Shown here piece by piece: positions 42,526 to 51,734 of a stretch of DNA of 64,000 bases; position 1 is the stretch's first letter; each line of letters starts with the position of its first letter. The position numbers and the translations under genes are program-made. The notes under the pieces are model-generated. The model was not told where the DNA came from, did no database searches, and saw only the letters and a list, made by a program, of their open reading frames with translations. Source of the DNA: Vulcanimicrobiota bacterium (lineage in GTDB: Bacteria > Vulcanimicrobiota > Vulcanimicrobiia > Vulcanimicrobiales > Vulcanimicrobiaceae); assembly GCA_963714015.1 (NCBI GenBank), contig OY970223.1, forward strand, positions 2,464,001 to 2,528,000, written 5' to 3'.

Positions 42526-44121
42526 TTAAGGAAGTGTCAGCTGCCGGTGCTTCGGCACCGAATGCTCGGACGGAGGTGCAAAAGCCGAAATGTGTCCGCC
42601 GTTGTCGCTCACGTACACCATGCCGTTGGCGACCAACGTTCCGATGCGGCCTCCGCTCGGCAACGCGTAAGTCCAGAGCTGCGCGCCGGTCGCAGCATCG
42701 AAAGCGAATTCAGTCTGACCCGTGCTGTTTGCGATGTAGGCCACGCCGTTCGCGACGGTAATCGCCGAACGCGTTACCTGATCGTTGGTACCCGACCCGT
42801 CCGGACCGAACTGTGCGCTCCAGGCGGGAACCGGATTGAGCGTGCAGTTACTCTGGACGTTGAAAGCTGCCATGCCCGCCTGATAGCTGCCGAACGTTGC
42901 GGGAAGACCGACGTAAAGATCGTTCGTCACCGGATCGTAGGTAGTTTCGCCCTGGAAATCGCCGTTGTCGTTCGCCACGGAGATTTCGAGATATTGGACC
43001 GGCCCCTGGGCAATTGTCGAAACGTCGTAAAGCTCGAGCACCCCGGACTTGTTGAGCGCGGTGGCCATCTCCGGGCAGCCCGGCGGCGTGAAAATCACCG
43101 GAGTCGATCCGAAGTCCAAATCCGTGAGATTTGGACCGGAGGGCAGGTTGTTCGGATAGTTCGACGCGACGACCGTGCTCAGGTTCGGACTCAGCTCCAC
43201 GACCCGCTCGGCGTCTCCCGTGGTTTGCGGAATTCCGCTGGCCACGTCTGCATTGCCGGTTGCGATCAGAACCCGGTTGGTCGCGGGGTCGATCGATGCG
43301 CCGCCGCCACCCCAGATGCCGCCGCCGTTGCCGCCTTGCTGCGACGTGCCGCTAACCGGATAGAACGAACCGATGATCCGCGCGGTGGCGGTATTGATTG
43401 CGACGATATGCCCCTTCCATGGCTTGAAATCGCAGATAGAGCTGGTTTCGGCATAAAGGAATCCGTTCGCCGGATTGTAGGTCAATCCACCGTGCATGTT
43501 GTTGTGGATCGGATTGTCGCCGATCTTGACCGGCCAGCCTTTGATCCATGCGCCCGTCGATAGATTCAGCGCGTGTACTTGTTCGTTTCCGTCGCCGACG
43601 TAAATAATGTTGTGCGCGCGATCGATTGCGGGCGTTGCGCCCACGCCGAACTGCTGAGATCCGCCGCAAGTGGATACCGACGGCAGCTTCTTTTGCCAAA
43701 TGACGGCACCGGTCGCCGCATTAAGCGCGTAGATCGTAGCGCCGAAGCTCGACCCGAAGTACACGACGTTGGTCGGCGTGCCGTTGACCATGACGCCGCT
43801 GGCGAGAACGGGTTCGCGCATAGGACGCTTACCGACGGTGAACGACCAGACTTTTTGCAGCGAACCGACGTTGCCGGTCCCGACGACGGTTTCGTTCGGA
43901 TTGTATCCCGTACGCTGCAAATCGTAGCCGAACGAATCCCAATCGGTCTGAGGTGAACTGCGTGACGAACGCTGGACTTGGGCGTCGCGTCCGGGCACGA
44001 GCGAAGATAGGACATGCGATGGAATCGAGGACACTGAGCCTTCGCCGCCGCAAGCGGTCAGACCGGCAATCAACATAATGACAGTAAGGCGCGACAAAAA
44101 GCGACGCGGCTGCTCGTTCAT
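42526..44121 (-). CDS. PQQ-like beta-propeller lipoprotein
   Basis: Lipobox LTACGG, W..FGYD..RTG.N, YALNAATG..IW, GGGIWG, DLDFGSTP and AFDAATG..LW. Confidence 0.85.
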   Translation of the reverse strand: MNEQPRRFLSRLTVIMLIAGLTACGGEGSVSSIPSHVLSSLVPGRDAQVQRSSRSSPQTDWDSFGYDLQRTGYNPNETVVGTGNVGSLQKVWSFTVGKRPMREPVLASGVMVNGTPTNVVYFGSSFGATIYALNAATGAVIWQKKLPSVSTCGGSQQFGVGATPAIDRAHNIIYVGDGNEQVHALNLSTGAWIKGWPVKIGDNPIHNNMHGGLTYNPANGFLYAETSSICDFKPWKGHIVAINTATARIIGSFYPVSGTSQQGGNGGGIWGGGGASIDPATNRVLIATGNADVASGIPQTTGDAERVVELSPNLSTVVASNYPNNLPSGPNLTDLDFGSTPVIFTPPGCPEMATALNKSGVLELYDVSTIAQGPVQYLEISVANDNGDFQGETTYDPVTNDLYVGLPATFGSYQAGMAAFNVQSNCTLNPVPAWSAQFGPDGSGTNDQVTRSAITVANGVAYIANSTGQTEFAFDAATGAQLWTYALPSGGRIGTLVANGMVYVSDNGGHISAFAPPSEHSVPKHRQLTLP

Positions 44122-44286
44122 TGGACAACGATAACACGCGTCATAGGCCATGGCATGGGCCTAATTTGCTAGAACCTTCGCAAAGGAACGGTGCCGCGCT
44201 TGGCGCCCCGGACAGAGTGGGCCCTGGGGCCTCACGGCCCGCCTCGGCAGGACTTTCCGCGGTTTTCCGAACGCCGCTGCGCTGCG

Positions 44287-45435
44287 ATGATAGAGCTCAT
44301 GGCCAACATAGAGCCGCGCGGCCTTGCGACAAGGCGGCTGGGCAGCGTCCAAGCGTTACGCGCTGTGGCGGCCCTGCTTGTGGTCGTTTTTCATATCGGC
44401 AGCATGGAGACTCGATTTGCGGGCGGTTACTCGCTCGTTGCGCCCCTGGGCGATCTGGGGCGCCTCGGGGTGTACATCTTCTTCGTGATTAGCGGCTTCA
44501 TCATGATCACCACGAACTGGCAAGAATTCGGGAAACCGTCGGCGCCCAAGCGGTTCCTGCTCCGCCGGATCGTACGCATCGTGCCTCCGTATTGGATCGT
44601 ATCGGCACTGCTTCTGGTCGTATTCATAAAAGCGCCGCATCTGATGAACAGCAGTTCCCGCTATCCGACCAGCGTCGTGGATTCATTCCTTCTACTTCCG
44701 CAACGAGGCTATGCGCTGCTGATGGTCGGCTGGACGCTGGTCTTCGAGATGTATTTTTACTACGTTTTCACGATTGCCTTGGCGTTCGCCCGCCGGTATT
44801 TCGGGTTCATCGTACTTGGATGGCTCGTTGCGATGATCGCGCTTCACGCTGCCGCTGCGCATCATCCCTATAACGTCTACCTGTGGCTCGTCGGCGATCC
44901 GGCCAATCTGTTCTTCATTGCGGGCATCGTCACCGGCTACTTCGTTCTCAACGGCAAGGTTCGCGCGCCTTTGACGTGCGCTGCGCTCGGCCTTGTGTTG
45001 ACGCCGGTTATTTACTACAGTCACTGGTCCGGGTTCATCCGCAACGTACCATTGAACAGCTGGATCGGCGTGCTCATTACTGCGGCGCCCATTGCGCTGA
45101 TGCTGTATGGATTCGTTACCTCGGAGACTGCCGGTAAACTCCGTTTTTATCCGAGGTTGGTTCTGGTCGGCGACGCTTCCTACGCTCTGTATCTTTGGCA
45201 CGTCCCGGTACTAAGCGCATTGGCGCGGGTGTTCGCGCGCCTTCCGCTGCGTTCGCTGCCGCTTCATATCGCGGGCTGCCTGGCCGCGGTCGTCTTCACC
45301 GTCTGGTTTTCGATACAAATCTATCGGTTCGTGGAACGCCCTTTGCTCAGATACTTGGACGCCCGCCTCAATCTGCGCGAACATGCCGCGGTAGTGCCGG
45401 CGCTAACGCGTACCGCTACGGCTGACGTGACGTAG
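44287..45435 (+). CDS. Acyltransferase family 3 (OafA/ExoZ-like)
   Basis: Motifs QALRAVAA, FFVISGF, RRIVRI.P, GWTLVFEMYFY, GDASYALYLWH and VERP. Confidence 0.93.
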   Translation: MIELMANIEPRGLATRRLGSVQALRAVAALLVVVFHIGSMETRFAGGYSLVAPLGDLGRLGVYIFFVISGFIMITTNWQEFGKPSAPKRFLLRRIVRIVPPYWIVSALLLVVFIKAPHLMNSSSRYPTSVVDSFLLLPQRGYALLMVGWTLVFEMYFYYVFTIALAFARRYFGFIVLGWLVAMIALHAAAAHHPYNVYLWLVGDPANLFFIAGIVTGYFVLNGKVRAPLTCAALGLVLTPVIYYSHWSGFIRNVPLNSWIGVLITAAPIALMLYGFVTSETAGKLRFYPRLVLVGDASYALYLWHVPVLSALARVFARLPLRSLPLHIAGCLAAVVFTVWFSIQIYRFVERPLLRYLDARLNLREHAAVVPALTRTATADVT

Positions 45436-45437
45436 AA

Positions 45438-45469
45438 CGAAGGGCTCGAACCTTCAACCATTTGATGAA
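45438..45469 (-). repeat. Degenerate copy of the 3' half of tRNA-Lys(CTT) (att-like direct repeat)
   Basis: CGAAGGGCTCGAACCTTCAACCATTTGATGAA versus 47508-47539 CGAAGGACTCGAACCTTCAACCAATTGATTAA, 29/32 identical. Confidence 0.85.
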
Positions 45470-45512
45470 TGAACTGGGCGGTTTTCCAGAACGGGGACGG
45501 TAAGGTTTCCGT

Positions 45513-46937
45513 TCAGCCCGCTGCCGGTGATTCGATCCGCGATTCGACTGCACGAGGTGAGAGCAGCGTTACCAGGACGCACAAGCCCGCGTTGGCAAAG
45601 AGCGCGATAAGTCCGGTGTTGATTCCCCACGGCCCGGTCGTCGAGTGCAAGGAGAGCACGGCGATTGCTTCGCCCGCGATCAAGCCTATACCGACCGCGT
45701 AGGCATTTACGCGTTTCCAGGTGACGCCCAGGATGACGCCCGGCGCCAGCTGGCTGATGCCGTTGTAAACGAGCAGTAAGAGATCGACGAGCGTCGTTTT
45801 TGCGAAAAACCATAGAATGAGCGCGAGGGCCCCGCAAATCAGTACCATCGGCCGAACCCAGCGCGTGTGACCCAGAACATTGCGAGACATGACGCTGGAG
45901 GCGCCGAGCAATAGGACCGAAGCGGGAAGCAACGCCGCCAAACATCCCGCTCCACAAATCACGCCGAGCACCCACGCAGGGAAAAACCGCTGCACAACCA
46001 GGAGGAATGACTGATCCGCGGCGGCGCCCTTCAGCCCCGGAACGAGCAATAGCGCCGTAAAGCCCGCGAACAGCATAAACGCGACCATCACCGTATAGAA
46101 CGGCATGAACGTCATGTTGCGACGGACCGTCTGTTCGTCTTTCGCGGAAAATATGGACGGCGCGCTTTGCGGAAACATGAATGCGCCCAGCGCGCTAAGC
46201 ACCACCGTCGTCGCGTACCACATCACGCCGTATTGCGATCCGCCCGCGGCAAGTACGAACCATGCCGGTTTTTGACGCATGACTTGGGTGACGACGTTTG
46301 CGGGCGATCCGAAGAAATGTATGGGTAAATATATTCCTGCGAATATTGCCGCTCCCAAAATCAGCGTGTCCTTGATAACGCTTGCCCAGGCTGCGCCGCG
46401 CAGGCCCGCGCTAAACACGAAAACGGCAATGAGACTGAACGCGATGGCTACCACGACGTTTGCATCGAACCGACCGTAGCCGGCAATGCCAAGGAGAATC
46501 TGAAGGCCCGTCAGTTGCAGAGTCACATATGGCACGATGAGGAAAAACTGCAGCAGCGCGACCGCCGTCCCGAGCGTTTTGCTGCCGTACCGGTCGATCA
46601 AGAAGTCGGGCCACGTCATCAATCCCCGCGCTTTGCCGATCCGCCAAACCGCGGGCAGTAAAAAGTACCCGACTACAAAGCCGATTGGCACATACGGGAT
46701 GATGTAGAATGACGGCGCCCCTTTACCGTAAGCCCAACCCGCAGCGCCCAGAAACGAGAAGGTGGTGTAAATCTCTCCGGCCAGCAGAATCCACAACAGC
46801 AACGCCCCGAATGAGCGGCCTCCGACGATGAACTCCTGCGGATCCATTCGAAAGCGGCGTACCGCGGTGAGCGCAAACGCGATCGTGCCGAACACGATGA
46901 TCGCGACAATCGATAAGGCAACGACGGACGAGCTCAC
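45513..46937 (-). CDS. Sodium:solute symporter (MctP/YhjB-like)
   Basis: EFIVGGRSFG, AGEIYTTFSFLGAAGWAYGKG and many TM helices. GTG overlaps the upstream stop. Confidence 0.92.
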   Translation of the reverse strand: MSSSVVALSIVAIIVFGTIAFALTAVRRFRMDPQEFIVGGRSFGALLLWILLAGEIYTTFSFLGAAGWAYGKGAPSFYIIPYVPIGFVVGYFLLPAVWRIGKARGLMTWPDFLIDRYGSKTLGTAVALLQFFLIVPYVTLQLTGLQILLGIAGYGRFDANVVVAIAFSLIAVFVFSAGLRGAAWASVIKDTLILGAAIFAGIYLPIHFFGSPANVVTQVMRQKPAWFVLAAGGSQYGVMWYATTVVLSALGAFMFPQSAPSIFSAKDEQTVRRNMTFMPFYTVMVAFMLFAGFTALLLVPGLKGAAADQSFLLVVQRFFPAWVLGVICGAGCLAALLPASVLLLGASSVMSRNVLGHTRWVRPMVLICGALALILWFFAKTTLVDLLLLVYNGISQLAPGVILGVTWKRVNAYAVGIGLIAGEAIAVLSLHSTTGPWGINTGLIALFANAGLCVLVTLLSPRAVESRIESPAAG

Positions 46938-47122
46938 GTTCGCGCCCGCAGGGCGTCCGCCGCCAATAAGAAGAAGGGTATCGACAATACCCAAAATACG
47001 AGCCACGCGAATAGAAAAGGCAGCCCCGCTATACGCGGCTCGACGCGATTGACAAACGGCACTGCTGCGACGAGCATAACAACCGGTATCGCAGCCAGCG
47101 CGTACCGCGCTAGAATACGCAT
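46934..47122 (-). CDS. DUF3311-type small membrane partner of the symporter
   Basis: PFVNRVEPRIAGLPFLFAW, two TM segments, directly upstream of the SSS gene. Confidence 0.85.
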   Translation of the reverse strand: MRILARYALAAIPVVMLVAAVPFVNRVEPRIAGLPFLFAWLVFWVLSIPFFLLAADALRART

Positions 47123-47159
47123 CTTCGAGAACCCTTCACGCATTCCCAAGGCAATCCTA

Positions 47160-47439
47160 TGGCGGCGGAAACTAGCATCGATCGTTGCCGATCCTAGCCG
47201 TTCCAGCAAATTCGTGGGCAGACAGGCGGAGCTCGCGCTGCTCGTCGATTTCCGGACGATCCCATTGCCGCACTGACGCGGTCGTTTCCGGCCGTCGCAA
47301 AAAAAAACAGGCGCTGGTCGCAATCATGGAAGATGTGCATTGGGCGGACCGCGGAACTCTTGCGGTTCTGGACGAGCTCGCACCGCATCTGGCCAGACCC
47401 GGCTTTGTATACTTGCAACGTTTCACGGGCACGACGTAA
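47160..47439 (+). pseudogene. Internally deleted AAA_16/MalT-type ATPase remnant
   Basis: FVGRQAELALL lies about 100 nt from LVAIMEDVHWADRGTL. The Walker A region between them is missing. Confidence 0.6.
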
Positions 47440-47462
47440 ACGCCGGCAGCCCGATGTTTATT

Positions 47463-47500
47463 GGGCCTGCAAAACTTAGTTTTGCAGGCCCTTTTTCTTT
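47463..47500. terminator. Hairpin terminator adjacent to the tRNA-Lys 3' end
   Basis: GGGCCTGCAAAAC-tta-GTTTTGCAGGCCC followed by a T run. Confidence 0.75.
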
Positions 47501-47572
<72 letters not shown>

Positions 47573-47577
47573 TCGTT

Positions 47578-47650
47578 TGCGCCCTCCGGGACTCGAACCC
47601 GGGACCAATAGATTAAAAGTCTACTGCTCTACCAACTGAGCTAAAGGCGC
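47578..47650 (-). tRNA. tRNA-Lys(TTT)
   Basis: GCGCCTTTAGCTCAGTTGGTAGAGC-AGTAGA-CTTTTAA-TCTAT..GTTCGAGTC..GGGCGCA. Confidence 0.96.
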
Positions 47651-47659
47651 AGCCGCCAT

Positions 47660-47688
47660 AGTTTAGCCCGAATTACCCACTTTGACAA
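47660..47688 (-). promoter_or_regulatory. Sigma70 promoter of the tRNA-Lys pair
   Basis: TTGTCA-N17-TAAACT, followed by a GC-rich discriminator 9 nt before the tRNA. Confidence 0.75.
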
Positions 47689-47786
47689 GACGCGTACCGG
47701 CTCTTGAATTGGCGGAGCAATAGGTCCGTCCTGCTCGGCGGCCTTCAAGGTGCCGGTTGTGAATCCGACTAAGGTTCACTCCCCAT

Positions 47787-49325
47787 ATGACGCTGGACGA
47801 TCTCCGGCTCAACGCAACGATCGCCGACGTCTTGCGTGAGAACGTGTTCGTTCGGCCCGATGCCGAAGCTCTGACCGACGGAACGCGTCGCATGACTTGG
47901 CGAGAGCTTCACGATGCGGCAGCCTCTTCGGCCTCACAATTTGCCGCGTTAGGCGTTCGCGCGGGCGACCGGATCGCCGTCGTCCTGTCCAACCAGATCG
48001 AAGCGATCGTTCTGTACTGGGCATGTGCGCTTTCGGGTGTGATTTTCGCGGGAGCCAATCCGCGGCTCGGGCACGACGATTTGGAGAAAGTTCTGCGGCA
48101 CAGCGGCGCTCGCTTGGCGTTCGTCGGCGACGACACGCTCGCTGCGCGAATCGGCGAACTCGCGCTTCCGGACCTGCGAGAAATCGTGCCGGTTGAGACG
48201 ACGGATCCGGTCGGTCTGTTCTCTCAGCCCCTGCGATCCAACGTACGGCCCGCATCGATCGCTCGCGAAGACGTGTTCGCCCTATGCTACACGTCGGGAA
48301 CGACGGGACGTCCAAAGGGCGCGCTATTGACGCACGGCAACTTGGTGTGGAATGCCGCCGTGATCTGCGACTTGCTCAAGTGCACGGCGCAAGACACGTT
48401 TTTGCTGACGGTCGGCGTCACGCACATCTTCGGTCTCTCGCCGGGCGTGCTGTCGGCCGCGATCGCCGGTTCGAAGTTGGTCGTTCTCAAGACCTTTGCG
48501 GCCGGCGCCGCGCTCGACTTGTGCGAATGGGAAGGCGTTACGGTGCTGCATGGTTCGCCGACTATGTTCGTGTTGGAACTCGCCGCGCAGCGCCGCGCGC
48601 CGCGCGATCTCGCTGCTCTTCGCACCGGCATTGTGGCAGCGGCGCCGGTTGCGCCGGAGCTGGTCGACGCCGTGCGCAGCGAACTGCATTGCGACGTGCA
48701 GATCGCCTGGGGGCTGACCGAAACCTCGCCCGCCGTGACGATGACGCTCTTCGACGATCCGCCGCAAGCGCGTCGCGAAACCGTCGGCCGCCCCATACCC
48801 GAAGCGCAGATCAAGATCGCGCGGGAAGGCTTCGAATTCGGCGAAGTGCTCGTCAAGAGCCCTGGTGTCTTTCGCGGGTACTTCAACGATCCGGAACTTA
48901 CGCGTAACGCGTTCACGCCGGACGGATGGCTGCGCACCGGAGATCTGGGCCAAATCGACAGCGCCGGCTTCCTATGCCTGAGAGGACGCCAAAAAGAAAT
49001 CATCATCCGCGGCGGACTGCACGTCTATCCGGATGAAGTCGAGCATTTGCTCGCAGAGCTTCCTTGGGTCGATTCCGTTGCGGTAATCGGCATTCCCGAT
49101 TCGGTCTTGGGCGAGCGCACTTGCGCGTGCGTGGTGGTGAATGAGGCCGCAGCGGTGCCCGGCGATCTTTTAGCGGCAGTGCGCGCGGCGATCGCTCAGC
49201 GGCTCGGGGATTACAAGGTCCCGGATGCGGTTTTGCGCGTTGCGGAACTGCCTCGAACGGCTACCGGCAAGGTGCTGCGCGGCGCGCTACGCCAAGACGC
49301 TATCGCGCGCATCACCGCGAACTAG
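47787..49325 (+). CDS. Class I adenylate-forming enzyme (acyl-CoA synthetase)
   Basis: Motifs YTSGTTGRPKG, WGLTE, WLRTGDLG, IIRGG and PRTATGK. Confidence 0.95.
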   Translation: MTLDDLRLNATIADVLRENVFVRPDAEALTDGTRRMTWRELHDAAASSASQFAALGVRAGDRIAVVLSNQIEAIVLYWACALSGVIFAGANPRLGHDDLEKVLRHSGARLAFVGDDTLAARIGELALPDLREIVPVETTDPVGLFSQPLRSNVRPASIAREDVFALCYTSGTTGRPKGALLTHGNLVWNAAVICDLLKCTAQDTFLLTVGVTHIFGLSPGVLSAAIAGSKLVVLKTFAAGAALDLCEWEGVTVLHGSPTMFVLELAAQRRAPRDLAALRTGIVAAAPVAPELVDAVRSELHCDVQIAWGLTETSPAVTMTLFDDPPQARRETVGRPIPEAQIKIAREGFEFGEVLVKSPGVFRGYFNDPELTRNAFTPDGWLRTGDLGQIDSAGFLCLRGRQKEIIIRGGLHVYPDEVEHLLAELPWVDSVAVIGIPDSVLGERTCACVVVNEAAAVPGDLLAAVRAAIAQRLGDYKVPDAVLRVAELPRTATGKVLRGALRQDAIARITAN

Positions 49326-51734
49326 TTCTTCTACTTCCTTCGAACAAAGGGGCGCAAAGTAGTAGTAACCTTGCGCGCGGCTGCAACCGCGCGTCAGCAA
49401 GAAGTCGCGCTGCTCGCACGTCTCCACACCTTCGGCCACGACGTCCATGCCGAGCGTCTGCGCCATCGAAATGATCGTTCCCGCAATTACACCCGAGCCG
49501 GGCGATTGGGGATCCAACGGCATAAACGAACGATCGATTTTCAACGCGTCGATCGAATATCGTTCCAGGTAGCTCAGTGAGGAGTACCCCGTTCCGAAGT
49601 CGTCGATTGAAATTCGGGTTCCGAGCGCCTTCAGGCCGTCGATGGTGGACGAAGCCGATGCGGCGCTCTCCATGAGAATCGACTCCGTCAATTCGAGATC
49701 CAAGTATTGCGCGGGCAGACCGGCGACGCGCAGCGCCTCCATTACCGTTGCTACAAGGTCCCCTTCCAGCTGCCGCGCCGAGATGTTCACGGCGACGGGC
49801 ACTGTCAAAATGTCCTGACGCTGCCAGTCGCGATTCTGCCGGCAAGCTTCGCGCAGCACCCACTCGCCCAGAGGTACGATGAGCCCCGTCTCTTCGGCCA
49901 ATCCGATGAACTCGTCGGGCAACAGCACGCCCTTCTCGGGATGATTCCAGCGGACGAGCGCTTCCAGCGAAATGATCCGCTCCGTCCGCATCTCGACGAT
50001 CGGCTGGTAGGCCAGAAAGAGCTCTCCCTGCGCGATCGCTCGCCGAAGTTCGTTTTCCATGATGAAGTAGTTCATCGAACGCGCACTCATCGATTCGTCG
50101 AACAACACGTAGCTGTCGCCGGAGCGGCGCTTGCATTCGAAGAGCGCGATATCCGCCTGTTTGATCAGCGTGTCGGCATCGCCGGCATGCGTGGGATACA
50201 TCGCGATTCCAACGCACGCCGTAACGACAAACTCACGTCCTTCGATATGGAAGGGCCGGCGGACCGCCTCGAGTACCTTGCCCGCAACGGCGAGCACCTC
50301 GCTGACCCGGTCGATTGCGGGAAGCAGAAACACGAACTCGTCGCCGCCCATCCTCGCGACGGTGTCGCCGGCACGAATACATCCTCGGAGTCGCGCGCCG
50401 AGCTCTTGAAGCACCAGGTCGCCGGTGCGGTGCCCGAGCGAATCGTTGATGCTCTTAAAACGATCCAGATCCACAAAGAGCACTGCGACCATTCGCTTGT
50501 CGCGTTCGGCTTGAGACATCGCCATCGTCAAACGATCTCCCAAGAGCCGCCGGTTGGGAAGGTTCGTAAGCGGATCGTGATATGCCAGGTGTTCGATGCG
50601 CTGCTCGGCCGCTTTGCGATCCGTAATATCGACTGCGGTTCCGACAATGCCGGCCACTCTATCGCCTTGCGTGAGCGGCAGCAGACTGCAGGTGATCGTT
50701 CGCTGATGCCCGTCGGCATGTGCCAGGTGCGCTTCAAAGCGTCGTTCCTTAGCGCCTTCGCTCACAATGCTGTGAATCGCGCGCTGAACGTCCGGAAGCG
50801 AATCTGGTGCGAAGACGCGCGCGAGCGAAACGCCGATCAGCTGATGATGCCGGTACCCGGTCATCTGGGAGAGCCGCTGATTTGCAAGGATGAATTTGCC
50901 TGAAAGATCGAGAGAAAAGACGCCGTCGGATATCGTCTCCAAGATATTCTTCAGAAAGTCGTTCGTCTTTTCCAGAGCGGATTCTGCCCGTCGACCGCTG
51001 GTGACGTCGACGCCGATACACATCACGAACTGTCGGCCGTCGGCAAGCGTCACCCGTCGCTTTACGATTTGGACCTGGTGCTGAACGCCGGCACTGTCGA
51101 CAAGCCGGCGCGTTACGAACCGGGAGCGGCCCGTCGTAAGCACTTGCAAGTCCTCGACGGCATCGTTTTCCGCCTCGGCTCCGGATTGAACGAATGCGCC
51201 GATGGGCTTTCCGGTCATCTCTTCGATGGTCGTACCGTGCAAGTCCGCGTATGCTTGACTGACGAGAACGTACCGGCCTTCGCCGTCACGGATGCTCGCG
51301 TAGTTCGGGGTGAGATCGAAGACGCGCTGCAGGAGTTCGCCGCGAGCATTTTCGGTAAGCGCTGCTTTGACCAGCGCGGCATGATCTCGTATGGATCGCC
51401 GCAGCGAATCGGCTAAACGCGTCGTGTCCGCGAACAGCACGATGTCCTGCGCGCCTACGCTCGCCGCAAAACGAAGGACGGGCATGTCGATGACGGGCGC
51501 CGCGATCAACAGCGGCTTCGCCCCGGCGGCCTTGCGCATCGCATTCACTTCCTCTTCGCCATAGGAGGCGCGCGCGTCACAAACCAGCACGAGAGCATCG
51601 AGCACGTCTTTCGATTCCAGCACCTGTTCCAGACGCGCGACCCGGCGTACGTCGAAGCCCGCGGCATTCAGGACCGCAGCAAGATCTCCGGGCAGGTCAC
51701 CGCCGGCCTCCAGAAGGGCAACGCGTTCGCTCAA
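49287..51734 (-). CDS. Degenerate REC-PAS-PAS-GGDEF-EAL protein
   Basis: Motifs AYHDPLTNLPNR, RMGGDEF, EALVRW, DDFGTGYSS and AEGVET. Confidence 0.95.
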   Translation of the reverse strand: MSERVALLEAGGDLPGDLAAVLNAAGFDVRRVARLEQVLESKDVLDALVLVCDARASYGEEEVNAMRKAAGAKPLLIAAPVIDMPVLRFAASVGAQDIVLFADTTRLADSLRRSIRDHAALVKAALTENARGELLQRVFDLTPNYASIRDGEGRYVLVSQAYADLHGTTIEEMTGKPIGAFVQSGAEAENDAVEDLQVLTTGRSRFVTRRLVDSAGVQHQVQIVKRRVTLADGRQFVMCIGVDVTSGRRAESALEKTNDFLKNILETISDGVFSLDLSGKFILANQRLSQMTGYRHHQLIGVSLARVFAPDSLPDVQRAIHSIVSEGAKERRFEAHLAHADGHQRTITCSLLPLTQGDRVAGIVGTAVDITDRKAAEQRIEHLAYHDPLTNLPNRRLLGDRLTMAMSQAERDKRMVAVLFVDLDRFKSINDSLGHRTGDLVLQELGARLRGCIRAGDTVARMGGDEFVFLLPAIDRVSEVLAVAGKVLEAVRRPFHIEGREFVVTACVGIAMYPTHAGDADTLIKQADIALFECKRRSGDSYVLFDESMSARSMNYFIMENELRRAIAQGELFLAYQPIVEMRTERIISLEALVRWNHPEKGVLLPDEFIGLAEETGLIVPLGEWVLREACRQNRDWQRQDILTVPVAVNISARQLEGDLVATVMEALRVAGLPAQYLDLELTESILMESAASASSTIDGLKALGTRISIDDFGTGYSSLSYLERYSIDALKIDRSFMPLDPQSPGSGVIAGTIISMAQTLGMDVVAEGVETCEQRDFLLTRGCSRAQGYYYFAPLCSKEVEELVRGDARDSVLA

